From: Octopus bimaculoides | Taxonomy: Eukaryota | Length of the DNA: 36,500 nucleotides | Direction: 5' to 3' | Assembly (NCBI RefSeq): GCF_001194135.2 | Contig: NC_069009.1 | Location: 8,333,760-8,370,259 of the forward strand | In this document: piece by piece, positions 1 through 10,299 of the stretch | Numbering within the stretch: the stretch's first letter is position 1 | Layout: each line of letters opens with the position of its first letter | Position numbers and translations under genes: made by a program | The notes under the pieces: generated by a model | What the model saw: the letters and a program-made list of their open reading frames with translations, nothing else | Told to the model about the DNA's origin: nothing | The model's database searches: none

Positions 1-34
1 TATATATATATATATATGTACATATTCACATGTA

Positions 35-330
35 AAGACATTCGAGCGAGATCGTGCCAGTGCCACTGGACTGGCTCCTGTACAGGTGACACATAAAATA
101 CACCATTTCAAGCGTGGCCGTTGCCAGTACCGCCTGACTGGCCTTCGTGCTGGTGGCACGTAAAAGCACTCACTACACTCTCTGAGTGGTTGAAGTTAGG
201 AAGGGCATCCAGCTGTAGAAACTCTGCCAAATCAGATTGGAGCCTGATGTAGCCATCTGGTTCACCAGTCCTCAGTCAAATCGTCCAACCCATGCTAGCA
301 TGGAAAGTGGACGTTAAACGATGATGATAA
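35..330 (+). mobile_element. SINE-like family A (RTE-type 3' tail ending in (GAT)n)
   Basis: Shares ...ggcgttaggaagggcatccagctgtagaaactctgcc...ccatgctagcatggaaag(c/t)ggacgttaaacgatgatg with many copies in the window. Confidence 0.85.
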
Positions 331-713
331 TAATATATATATATATCATACATTAAAAGGATAAGAAATTGAAGGAATTTACGATGTAAGTGTGCCACAA
401 AGTTAAAGTTGTAAGAAGGAAGAACGACCGGAAACATTTCCATAATTATTTTCCTACATTTTATCAGCATAATTATGATCTACACTCTTGGAAATTCAGA
501 AAAATGTCATTTAAAAACACATTATCTAAAAATTTATTGGGAAACAAAGTCAAGGAGGGGTGTATTTAACTATAGTCTTGCTTCTTTTTAGGCTGTGTCA
601 TCTGGAGAAGGTCGCTTGTCAACGTTACTGATTTCTAAGAGAAGTCTAAAGATTCCAACTTAGTTAAATGTGGACAGGACACTTCCAGAAGTTACAGTAA
701 ACAGGACACGGAT

Positions 714-1436
714 CTTTCTGATTTGACGGGCAACACTTTTCATTTATGTTTTATGTAGTGTTTTTGGTATCGAAACACTTTCAAACTTCGTATACTTGTA
801 TATTTTGTGTTATAGAACAGATAAAAATTTTTGTATTCGAAGTTATTTCATGTAAAAGATTGTCATATTTCGGTAATTTCAACCAATCAGTGACGTCAAT
901 TGAGGTGAAAACAATTACTGCCGTGGAATGTAAACAACATGTTCTAACGGTGTCATGGGGACTTTTCCCTTGAATAAAATTAGTGCCGTAGTTTGTCAAC
1001 AGCAACTATCAGTGGTACTGTTATTTATGACATCGTTCGTGCATTTGTACTGGTTTTAGCTTTTGGGTTGGGGTTCGGGTTTTAGAGTTAGGGTTACAGT
1101 TAGGGCTATGATTATTTTTGCCATAACCTCACTCATAACCCTAACCCTAAAACCCTATAACTCATAACCCTAAACCCTTACTAGGGAATAACACTCTTGA
1201 CACCTGCAAAAATTATTGTTTACAAAAACAGCAGTAACTGTATTCAGCTGAATAGACGTCAGTGATTGGTTGAAATTAGAGAAATACGACAACTTTAACA
1301 TGAAATAACTTGCGATGTACAATTTTTTGTTAAGAAGGCTAAGAGAAAAAGATGTTTTATATGACACATTCTACCAGTGTCCCAAGTTTGAAAGTGTTTC
1401 GTTAAGAAAACAAGTGGTGCCTGTCAAATCAGAAAG
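714..1436. mobile_element. Fold-back (long inverted repeat) element with a telomere-like core
   Basis: Arms at about 714-957 and 1197-1436 are reverse complements (ctttctgatttgac / gtcaaatcagaaag; aatttcaaccaatcagtgacgtc / gacgtcagtgattggttgaaatt). The core has GGGTT/TTAGGG-like repeats (1064-1105), then AACCCT-like repeats (1121-1178). Confidence 0.7.
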
Positions 1437-3068
1437 AACCCAGGACACTTCCAGAATCTTCGCCTTTGACAGAATTAAAATAAATGTGGTATTTATAAAT
1501 TTCTCAACGTAAGGGATATCAGTATTTTAAAAACTGTTTACAACCCCAGAAGATTGGGTAATATCCTATTTGACATTCATAAAATCGAATTTGTTTTAGT
1601 TTCAATTTCATTTCAATTCGGTTAACATGTCTCGTGGACGGCCTGCAGCTCCTTGTTTTATTGTGAATCCCAATGAAATACTTACAGATCAGCAGATAAT
1701 TAATGAAAGGCTTACAATTACGACAGTGATTCGATCCTTGTCGGATTCAGCAACTTGTATTGCTTCATGTGCCCCGTTGTGGATTGTTGAAGAATTCTCA
1801 CATGGGCCAAAATTAAGTCTAAGATTTTCCCTCACTTTTTTACCCGTTATTCGCATTGTGTACCACTTATAATTATGAAATGTTTTACTGAAATACACTT
1901 TTTGGATCACTATGATTTTACGAACGTGAGATAGGAAATAACCAAGGGGAAGTATTCAAGGCAGTAGAGTACTAAACGACTCCTAACTACTGTGGTTGTC
2001 TGCGAGTCAGAACAGAAAAAGCAACGAGTTGTAATGTCGTTTATGCAGTACTCAATAAGACCCATTATACAAAAGCACAGACGTATGTAGGTAGTGTGTA
2101 GAAATAGTGATATTCTTTTGATTGAAATTATATATATACGGGATTTGAATGAGTTAACATAACCTATATGACTGGACATTTCCCAGACTATTTTTCTTCT
2201 TGCGCTTGAAACATAAAGGTTTTATAAAACTATCCGCATTGTCAGAAGCTTTCTATTTTCTCTCTTTTTACCTTATTCGATATATATATATATATAAGAT
2301 TTAGTAATCTGCTGATTTTTAAAGAGAAGAATAGATTTTTAAAAAAGGTTTTATCAAAAACCGGACGGGAGGAGGATTAAAAATTTGAAAAGCGGGGTAA
2401 AATCGTAATCTCAGTTGTTGGAACACTGGATTCTGAAGAAATTTTGGCGAGGTAAAGGGACAAGGCATGAAGGGCCTCTTGATGACTCTTTCAGGAATTG
2501 CCGAAATTAGCGTCAATATTTTCACTTTCTATTTGCGATTACAGACTGGAACGATGCCAGAACTATAAATGAAGGAACGAAACCTCTTTGTTTGGTATCA
2601 ACGAGAGAATTTCTGTGGTCGATCAAGATGCAGGAAATAGCAGCTAGATGACACCCTTGAACTCTTAAAATGTAAAATATACAAAACGAAATTAAGTAAA
2701 ATGATGGTTCATGGTTTCACCGCCTTCGATAAAAATAGGGCTGAGACAAAGCGAAAAAAAAAAAATTAAATTAAATAAAAATTCGTCTCGTAAAGTTGCG
2801 AAATGTTAACAGGGCAGAAAGTTATTAAATGAGAGGTTGAGACATTCATGCACGCCGTTGTTAACACGGTTCAGTAGATGGGTGTAAGAGAGAGAGAGAT
2901 AGAAAGATGTGAGTGGCACTGCGACTTCGCTCATCTATGGCCAACAAGGGCGTACATACCTTTCTCAGTGGGGTGGCCAGGTGTGGAGTGTCAAGCCACG
3001 GCTGACAGTACAACGAAGGTAAAAGAAGTGACTGCGACAGTTGTAAACAGAAGCACGAGGATGATGTA

Positions 3069-3082
3069 CCGGAAGCGGAAGT
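3069..3082. promoter_or_regulatory. Tandem ETS/GABP-type motif CCGGAAGCGGAAGT
   Basis: Two abutting GGAA cores in a CpG-retaining, non-repetitive region; typical of metazoan housekeeping promoters. Confidence 0.5.
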
Positions 3083-4043
3083 TTTCAGTAAAGTTCCATG
3101 GAATTGTGGGTATAAAAATATTAATGACTAAATTTCAATTAACAAAAATTAAAAGTGATAATGATGATTGTTTATTACTTTATTAGGCACACACATATAT
3201 GTGTATATTTATAGACTATATAATCATTCATAGCATTTTTATTGTTTGGAATTTTCAGGATAATTTTGCTTATTTGTGTCCTACACACGGGAATTCATAC
3301 AATAAAAAAGAATATTTTTTGTGTGTGATTTCAGGGCTATTTAACCGTTATTTTTAGCGCATCTCACGACCACCGGATACTTTTTTCACATTGATATATC
3401 TTGATGTTTTTCATCATTTTCGTCCTCATGAAATGATGATGCGGCCAAGGACAGTCCATTGCTGGGATTTAAGCAAAAAAATCGGATTATCCGTATTTTA
3501 AACTCTGATGTGAAAAAAAAAAAAAAAAAAATTCTTAAAAGAGTCGAACTTTTAGGGATCTAAAGGAATGGAGTTAAAAATTATTTTAAAACTTTTTCTT
3601 CATGACCGTATGAATTCTCATGTGTAGAACATAAATTCGCAAAATTTTCTGAAAATTCAAAAAAAAGAGAAAAAGTTATGAGGGATTATAATGGGGTGCT
3701 TAAACCAGAATTCCGCCAGATTGTCTTTTGCAGTCTACGTTTGGAATAACTAATAAGTGTGTGTGTTCTCTCTCATTTTTTTCATTTAGTCATAGTGTAT
3801 CTAGGACTACATTATCTAATGTATAGTATAGTNNNNNNNNNNNNNNNNNNNNNNNNNNNNNNNNNNNNNNNNNNNNNNNNNNNNNNNNNNNNNNNNNNNN
3901 NNNNNNNNNNNNNNNNNNNNNNNNNNNNNNNNNNNNNNNNNNNNNNNNNNNNNNNNNNNNNNNNNNNNNNNNNNNNNNNNNNNNNNNNNNNNNNNNNNNN
4001 NNNNNNNNNNNNNNNNNNNNNNNNNNNNNNNNNNNNNNNNNNN

Positions 4044-4360
4044 TTCGATTCCCAGACCGGGCGTTGCGAGTGTTTATTGAGCGAAAATACCTAAAGCTCC
4101 ACGAGGCTCTGGCAGGGGATGGTGGCGAACCCTGCTGTACTCTTTCACCACAACTTTCTCTCACTCTTACTTCCTGTTTCTGTTGTGCCTGTAATTCAAA
4201 GGGTCAGCCTTGTCACACTGTGTCACGCTGAATATCCCCGAGAACTACGTTAAGGGTACACGTGTCCGTGGAGTGCTCAGCCACTTGCACGTTAATTTCA
4301 CGAGCAGGCTGTTCAACTTGAACCCTCGATGTCGTAAGCGACGGAGTGCCAACAACACAA
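4044..4360 (+). mobile_element. tRNA-derived SINE family D (head partly in gap)
   Basis: Starts with a B-box remnant ttcgattccc. The motif cctgtaattcaaaggg(t/c)cagcctt recurs inverted at about 21293-21316. Confidence 0.55.
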
Positions 4361-4528
4361 ATTCTTGCTGTTATTTAGCTCCAGGTCAATCCTCATCTAA
4401 TGAAAGGATGGTCAAAGGTGTTCAAGCTATGTTCATCTAATTTTTTTTCATTCAGACATATTGTTATCCAGGACTACAATGTGGTTGGGAAGCAAACTTC
4501 TTACCACACAGCCATGCCAATATATATG

Positions 4529-4810
4529 TGTAGTAACGTCTTGTCTTGTGCGCATACGTAGTCATCAATATCCAAGTTTGGCGCCCTGATTCTTTCTCTT
4601 TCTCGGTCGGCCGGCCATGAGCATGGACGGGTCAAGCTGTCTCTCCAGCATTCCAGCTCTGGGGACAGCTCATTCCAACGTTCCAACGTCTCAGCAACCA
4701 TGCTCTCTCACAGAAGTCGTCTCAGCAACCAAGATTAAGGCTGCCTATTTCCTCCATAAATAAATATTGTTCTGTTGATAGTTCAGAGTTCTGCGTTTCG
4801 TTATTATTTA
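4529..4810. mobile_element. Possible decayed solo LTR
   Basis: Starts TGTAGTAACG, ends near CGTTATTA, CpG-rich, internal AATAAA; no TSD found. Confidence 0.3.
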
Positions 4811-5475
4811 GAATTTAATATAGGAAAGCGGGTGTACACCTAATCCTTGTATAACCACTTTCCTATATATGTATTCAAATATNNNNNNNNNNNNNNNNNN
4901 NNNNNNNNNNNNNNNNNNNNNNNNNNNNNNNNNNNNNNNNNNNNNNNNNNNNNNNNNNNNNNNNNNNNNNNNNNNNNNNNNNNNNNNNNNNNNNNNNNNN
5001 NNNNNNNNNNNNNNNNNNNNNNNNNNNNNNNNNNNNNNNNNNNNNNNNNNNNNNNNNNNNNNNNNNNNNNNNNNNNNNNNNNNNNNNNNNNNNNNNNNNN
5101 NNNNNNNNNNNNNNNNNNNNNNNNNNNNNNNNNNNNNNNNNNNNNNNNNNNNNNNNNNNNNNNNNNNNNNNNNNNNNNNNNNNNNNNNNNNNNNNNNNNN
5201 NNNNNNNNNNNNNNNNNNNNNNNNNNNNNNNNNNNNNNNNNNNNNNNNNNNNNNNNNNNNNNNNNNNNNNNNNNNNNNNNNNNNNNNNNNNNNNNNNNNN
5301 NNNNNNNNNNNNNNNNNNNNNNNNNNNNNNNNNNNNNNNNNNNNNNNNNNNNNNNNNNNNNNNNNNNNNNNNNNNNNNNNNNNNNNNNNNNNNNNNNNNN
5401 NNNNNNNNNNNNNNNNNNNNNNNNNNNNNNNNNNNNNNNNNNNNNAGAAATTATTTAATGAAATTTTATTTAACA

Positions 5476-5670
5476 GTCCTCGTGCCGGTGGCACGTAAAA
5501 GCACCCACTACACTCTCGGAGTGGTTGGCGTTAGGAAGGGCATCCAGCTTTAGAAACTCTGCCAGATCAGATTGGAGCTTGGTGCAGCCATCTGGTTCGC
5601 CAGTCCTCAGTCAAATCGTCCAACCCATGCCAGCATGGAAAGCAGATGTTAAACGATGATGATGATGATG
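5476..5670 (+). mobile_element. SINE-like family A copy
   Basis: Same body and (GAT)n tail as 35-330. Confidence 0.85.
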
Positions 5671-5849
5671 AATAAAAAAATTCTAATATCATGACATTAT
5701 TTTGTAACTTAAAAACATGTAAATAATTTATATTATTACATTTAATTTTAAATATATTACTTACCTGCCTGCATTAATGCAAAATGCAAAAGGTCTTTCA
5801 AAATAAAGCAGAATTTAAGCTACATCCTCAAGTAAAAGAAAGACTTTTC

Positions 5850-6074
5850 TTTTACTCTTTTAGTCTTTTACTTGTTTCAGTCATTTGACTGTGGCCATGC
5901 TGGAGCACCGTCTATAGTCGAGCAAATCGACCCCAGAGCTTATTCTTTGTAAGCCTAGTACTTATTCTATTGGTCTCTTTTGCCGAACCACTAAGTTACA
6001 GGGACATAAACAGCATCGGTTGTCAAGCAATGTTTGGGGGACAAACATATACATATACACACACATACATATAT

Positions 6075-6127
<53 letters not shown>

Positions 6128-6300
6128 CATACATACATATACGGCAGGCTTCTTCCAGTTTTTGTCAACCAAATCCACTCACAAGGCTTTGGACAGCCCG
6201 AGGCTATAGTAAAAGACACTTGCCCAAGGTGCTACACAGTGGGACTGAATCCAGGATCATGTGGTTGGTAAGCAAGCTACTTACCCCACAGCCACTCCTC
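5850..6300 (-). mobile_element. tRNA-derived SINE family B (internal (TA)n/(TG)n)
   Basis: Pol III A/B-box-like head (tggctgtg.ggtaag...gg.ttcagtccc), central microsatellite, tail ccagcatggcc.cagtcaaatgactgaaacaagtaaaag. Confidence 0.85.
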
Positions 6301-6616
6301 TGCCTCTTTGTTAAATATCATTTTCTCTTGTATCATGTTATATACTCTATACATTTTTTTATGGGTACTACTGGATTACTTGAATCCATATATCAATGAC
6401 TTAAATTTACATATATATATATATATTATTTTATTTAAAAGAGTTCCAACTCTGTCTGTTTTTTATGTTTTATTTATATTCTTGTAAAATTAATGTGGGA
6501 TATAGAATATGGAATATATAATATAAAAATGGATGGTACAATGAAATGAAGTATTGAATGTCTTATTGAATATATGGAATATTGAGTGTTCAATATAAAG
6601 GATTAAATATATAAAG

Positions 6617-7382
6617 GCGTGCAGGATTAACCCTTAAGCAAAATAAGCACATGCTTAGGGCATCGAAGGAAGGGAGGGGACCACAGAAATTGTAAATAGT
6701 TTATGGCACATTAGAAAATCATTTTAAACTTTCTAAAATAAACATTACTGAGTGTGTTCCTTTCCAAATGTAGACATTACCTTCCGTATATTTTTAACAT
6801 TAATGGTCACAAATTGATTAGCAAAGCATTCATTTTCTCAGTTGAAGTATATTAAAAATCTCAGCAAAACAACTGTGCAACTAGGCCGAGGCTGGATGCT
6901 TTATTTTTACTAAGAGGAGAAGCAGATGTGTTACATAAGATTAATTTTGAAGAAACTTGGAGAAAACTTTTCAAATATAAATAAAGTGGAAGTATACAAA
7001 AAAAATATTCTTTTCCATCTTATTGTTAGTTTAGTTTCATTTTGAAAAATAAAAATCCATTTTAACCCTTTAGTGTTTAAACCGGCTATATCCGGCCCAA
7101 ATATTCTACTCATTTTATGCTCAAACTGACCAGAACCAGTATCTCACACCTACCCTACAATGTCATTCTAAAAATAAACAATTACATCTTTCAAATCTTG
7201 AAGCTACAAGATAATACCAGATTAATTTTTTAAAATGTAAATCAATAAGGATTACTTTTGACTTATTAATCTGAACGCTAAAGGGTTAAGGTTTATTATT
7301 GTTTATATTTTGGATTACATATATGTGGGAGCACTAAAACCTTTTAAGTGCTTAGGGCCTCTATGGGTCTTAATCCGGCCCC
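6617..7382. mobile_element. hAT-type MITE (TIR like GGCCGGATTAA)
   Basis: Left end ggcgtgcaggattaacccttaagc (degenerate), right end gcttagggcc...cttaatccggccc; TSD not confirmed. Confidence 0.5.
7066..7285. mobile_element. piggyBac-type MITE
   Basis: TTAA at both sides (7062-7065, 7286-7289); TIRs CCCTTTAGTGTTT / GAACGCTAAAGGG. Confidence 0.85.
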
Positions 7383-7786
7383 GTATATATGTCTCTTTGT
7401 ATCTACCCTCATAAACACATCATGTCAAAAATGTAGTTGTAAGGAGTGTGTACGTCAGGTCATGAGCACGAGTCATTTTAATGACTCTTCAAAGGAGTGT
7501 GTGAATCAAATCACAACCTAGAACCCACTGGTGTTTGGTGCCTTTTACAACTCTATTTATAGGCATATTACAAAGAATGGTTTAGAAAACTCAGGAGAAC
7601 CTATCGCATGAAAAGCAGCCAATAAATGGCTGACGACTGGGTTTTACATGTGAAAGAGTTGTGGCTTGAAGTTTATTGTTGTATTGACTAAGGTTTGACT
7701 CTAGAACAACCCCCCAGGTTCCATGGAATTCTCCATTTACCCCTTATTCCATAAGGTCTTCACCTCATGGAATAAGGGGTAAATGG

Positions 7787-8000
7787 CAGAGTCAGTAGAG
7801 TAACAAATAGAACACCTGGCAGCATTTGTTTTTGGCTCTCTGTACTTCTAGTTCAAATCTTGCTGATGCCATTCTTTGTCTTTTAGTTCCTTGCAGATGG
7901 TAAATAAAATACCAGTTCAACACTAGGGTCGATTCTTTCCTCTGCCAGAAATCCCCTGTGATTGGACCTAAACAGAGATAAGCTATGTCTAACATAAGTC
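7787..8000 (+). mobile_element. Old SINE family C copy
   Basis: Degenerate agttcaaatcttgc...gtaaataaaataccagttcaacactagggtcgat. Confidence 0.55.
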
Positions 8001-8189
8001 TCATGTCACAGTGGTCCGCTATGACTCAATTAGAAAAAAATTTGCATTGTTGATATTGTTCCATGGTTATGGTCCAAAAACTGCATTCTCACAGGGAAAG
8101 CTTGGACAAATTCTAAGGATTCTTTATGCTTGAATAACTTTATTGGAGAATTTTTGACATCTGAATAATGTGCACATGTATATATATCA

Positions 8190-8380
8190 TCATCATTGTT
8201 TAATGTCCGCTTTCCATGCTGGCATGGGTTGGATGGTTTGACAGGAACCAGCCAAGCAGAAAACCACACCAGGCTTCTGTATCTGTTTTGGCATGTTCTT
8301 TATAGCTGGATGCCTTTCCAAATGCCAACCCCTTCACAGTGTGGGCTGGATGCCTTTTACATGGCACCACCACCAAGTAA
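8190..8380 (-). mobile_element. RTE-type 3' tail fragment
   Basis: catcatcattgtttaatgtccgctttccatgctggcatgggttggatgg on the + strand. Confidence 0.7.
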
Positions 8381-8817
8381 CTTGCAAGGCAAGGAATCTT
8401 TTGACAGAGGAGAAAGTGATCTTGTGTCACGAGATACACCAACACACACAAGAAGCCCATCACGTGTGTGTGTGTGTATAGTTGAGTATAAAAATAGCCT
8501 TTTTTTAAGATTATATTTTTCTATATTTCTTATTGTTGAAATGTAAAATTGTTATGTTTGTTTATTTATTATGTCGTTATCCATTGACATCACCAATAGT
8601 TGAATAATAAAAATGACCTTTCTTAAATATGCTTATTTTTCATTTTCATAATTTGTTCGTTATCCACTGACATCATCATTAGTTGAATACAGCAATGTGT
8701 TACATTGAATTGTACAATTTCTATGAAAACATTACTAAAACCACAGGGGAAAGTGGAGATGAGTTTTTCAGTTTCAGAACTTATCTCTGTGTCAAGTAAA
8801 CTTGATACAGAGATAAG

Positions 8818-9093
8818 TTAATACAGTTGTTTGTTGCCTTTTTGTAAGGCAACAAACAACTGATCCAAAACGACACTGAAAGATTCACATCTGAATTTTT
8901 CCCTTGCAAAAAGGACAACTTCCTCAGAGGCTAATGCTGGATTTCCATCATGTTTATTTCTCTTCCTTGATCTACCTGTTGTTGCTTTATAGTTCATTTT
9001 TCCGCATGTGTTTCTGACATCCAGTTCCAACTCTTCATACCTATCCTGATGTGATTTCAGAGAGCTTTTCAAAGGATCAATTAGATCCACCAT
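8818..9093 (-). pseudogene. hAT-family transposase fragment
   Basis: RSRKRNKH...AREKFRCESFSVVLDQLFVAL resembles the region before the hAT C-terminal dimerisation domain; isolated fragment. Confidence 0.6.
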
Positions 9094-9125
9094 TTTATTC
9101 AGATCAACTCCTTGGAAAGCTTTAT

Positions 9126-9358
9126 CTCTTTAGCATTTAAACCAGCCATAGCCAGCCCAGATATTCTACTTGTTTTATGTTCAAACTGGCCAGATCTGGC
9201 CTCTCAAACATAGCCTACAATGTTATTCTAAAAATAGATAATAACATCATCATAATCTTGAAGCTTTGAGATAGTACACGATTAATTCAAAATAGTGTTA
9301 ACGAATATGCAATGGCATTTGCAATGGCATTTGACAGAATAATTTGAATGCTAAAGAG
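9126..9358. mobile_element. piggyBac-type MITE, second copy
   Basis: CTCTTTAGCATTT / GAATGCTAAAGAG, then TTAA; interior aligns with 7066-7285. Confidence 0.8.
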
Positions 9359-10299
9359 TTAATTGTACTGTTAAAATGTAGAAGAAATATCTGTACAACA
9401 TCCTCAAGATCTGGTGGCCAGACAAAATTTCAAACACACATCTGTGGGATAGAACAAACCAAATGCCCATCAATTAAAAAATTCTAAAATAGAGCTGGGG
9501 CTTGATTAGTCACACTGTAAGACATAAATACACATAGACACACAACAAAACAGGAAATTGGAAAATAGTTTTTGTATTATTTATTCACCATTACACATAT
9601 TTCATTTGCTAATAGGAGTTAACAATGTTGTACATGTTGGATAAACACTTAAGAAATTTCGCATTAGAAATGCTTCAGAGAATCAAACAATACAAGATTT
9701 ATATTTGGAAGAAGCATTTATATGTAGTTAGTAAACAGGGGTCGTAGAGATAGCTTGGAGGAAAGAATAAAGGGCAAATCAAGTAGTAAAGATAAGGGGA
9801 AAAGGCAGTTAGATATATATTCATCTGTACTCACACACACACAACATATATATGTATTTGTGCATACATACACAAAGATATAGATGTACTTATATATACA
9901 CATACACACACACACATACACTCATGCGCGTGCACACACACACACACACACATGCATAAAGACAGTTGTATTCACAGATACACATTATCACAATTTTACA
10001 CACACACAAATACATATAATGGGGATGTATACAAAATTATATGCATGTTCAAATTCAAATGGATGTAAACAGATTTATTAATGTACAAGAAGATACAGCT
10101 TGGAATTTACCTTCATCATCATCGTCATTTAACATCCGTTTCCATGTTGACATAGGTAGGACAGTTTGAGAGTGGCTGGCAAGCCAGAAGACGGCACCAG
10201 GATTCACTGTCAAGGTGATGGGATCAGAATATAAATGGGACGGTGGAGCTAGATGGTGGTGAGGTGCCAGGGCATACCATCAAGGTATGGGGATTATAA

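Noticed and set aside
1975-2100. Plus-strand SCNVVYAV...TYVGS, suggestive of a GIY-YIG endonuclease
   Set aside because: Short, bounded by stops, lacks the usual CxxC and downstream motifs, and has no adjacent RT.
1640-2179. Overlapping minus-strand ORFs with hydrophobic stretches (GPCR-like, or TGA readthrough at IIC*SVS)
   Set aside because: No diagnostic GPCR motifs, no SECIS seen, and the frames do not join.
3190-3760. MITE-like AT-rich segment
   Set aside because: It looks like non-autonomous DNA transposon interior, but I could not find TIRs or a TSD, so no call was made.
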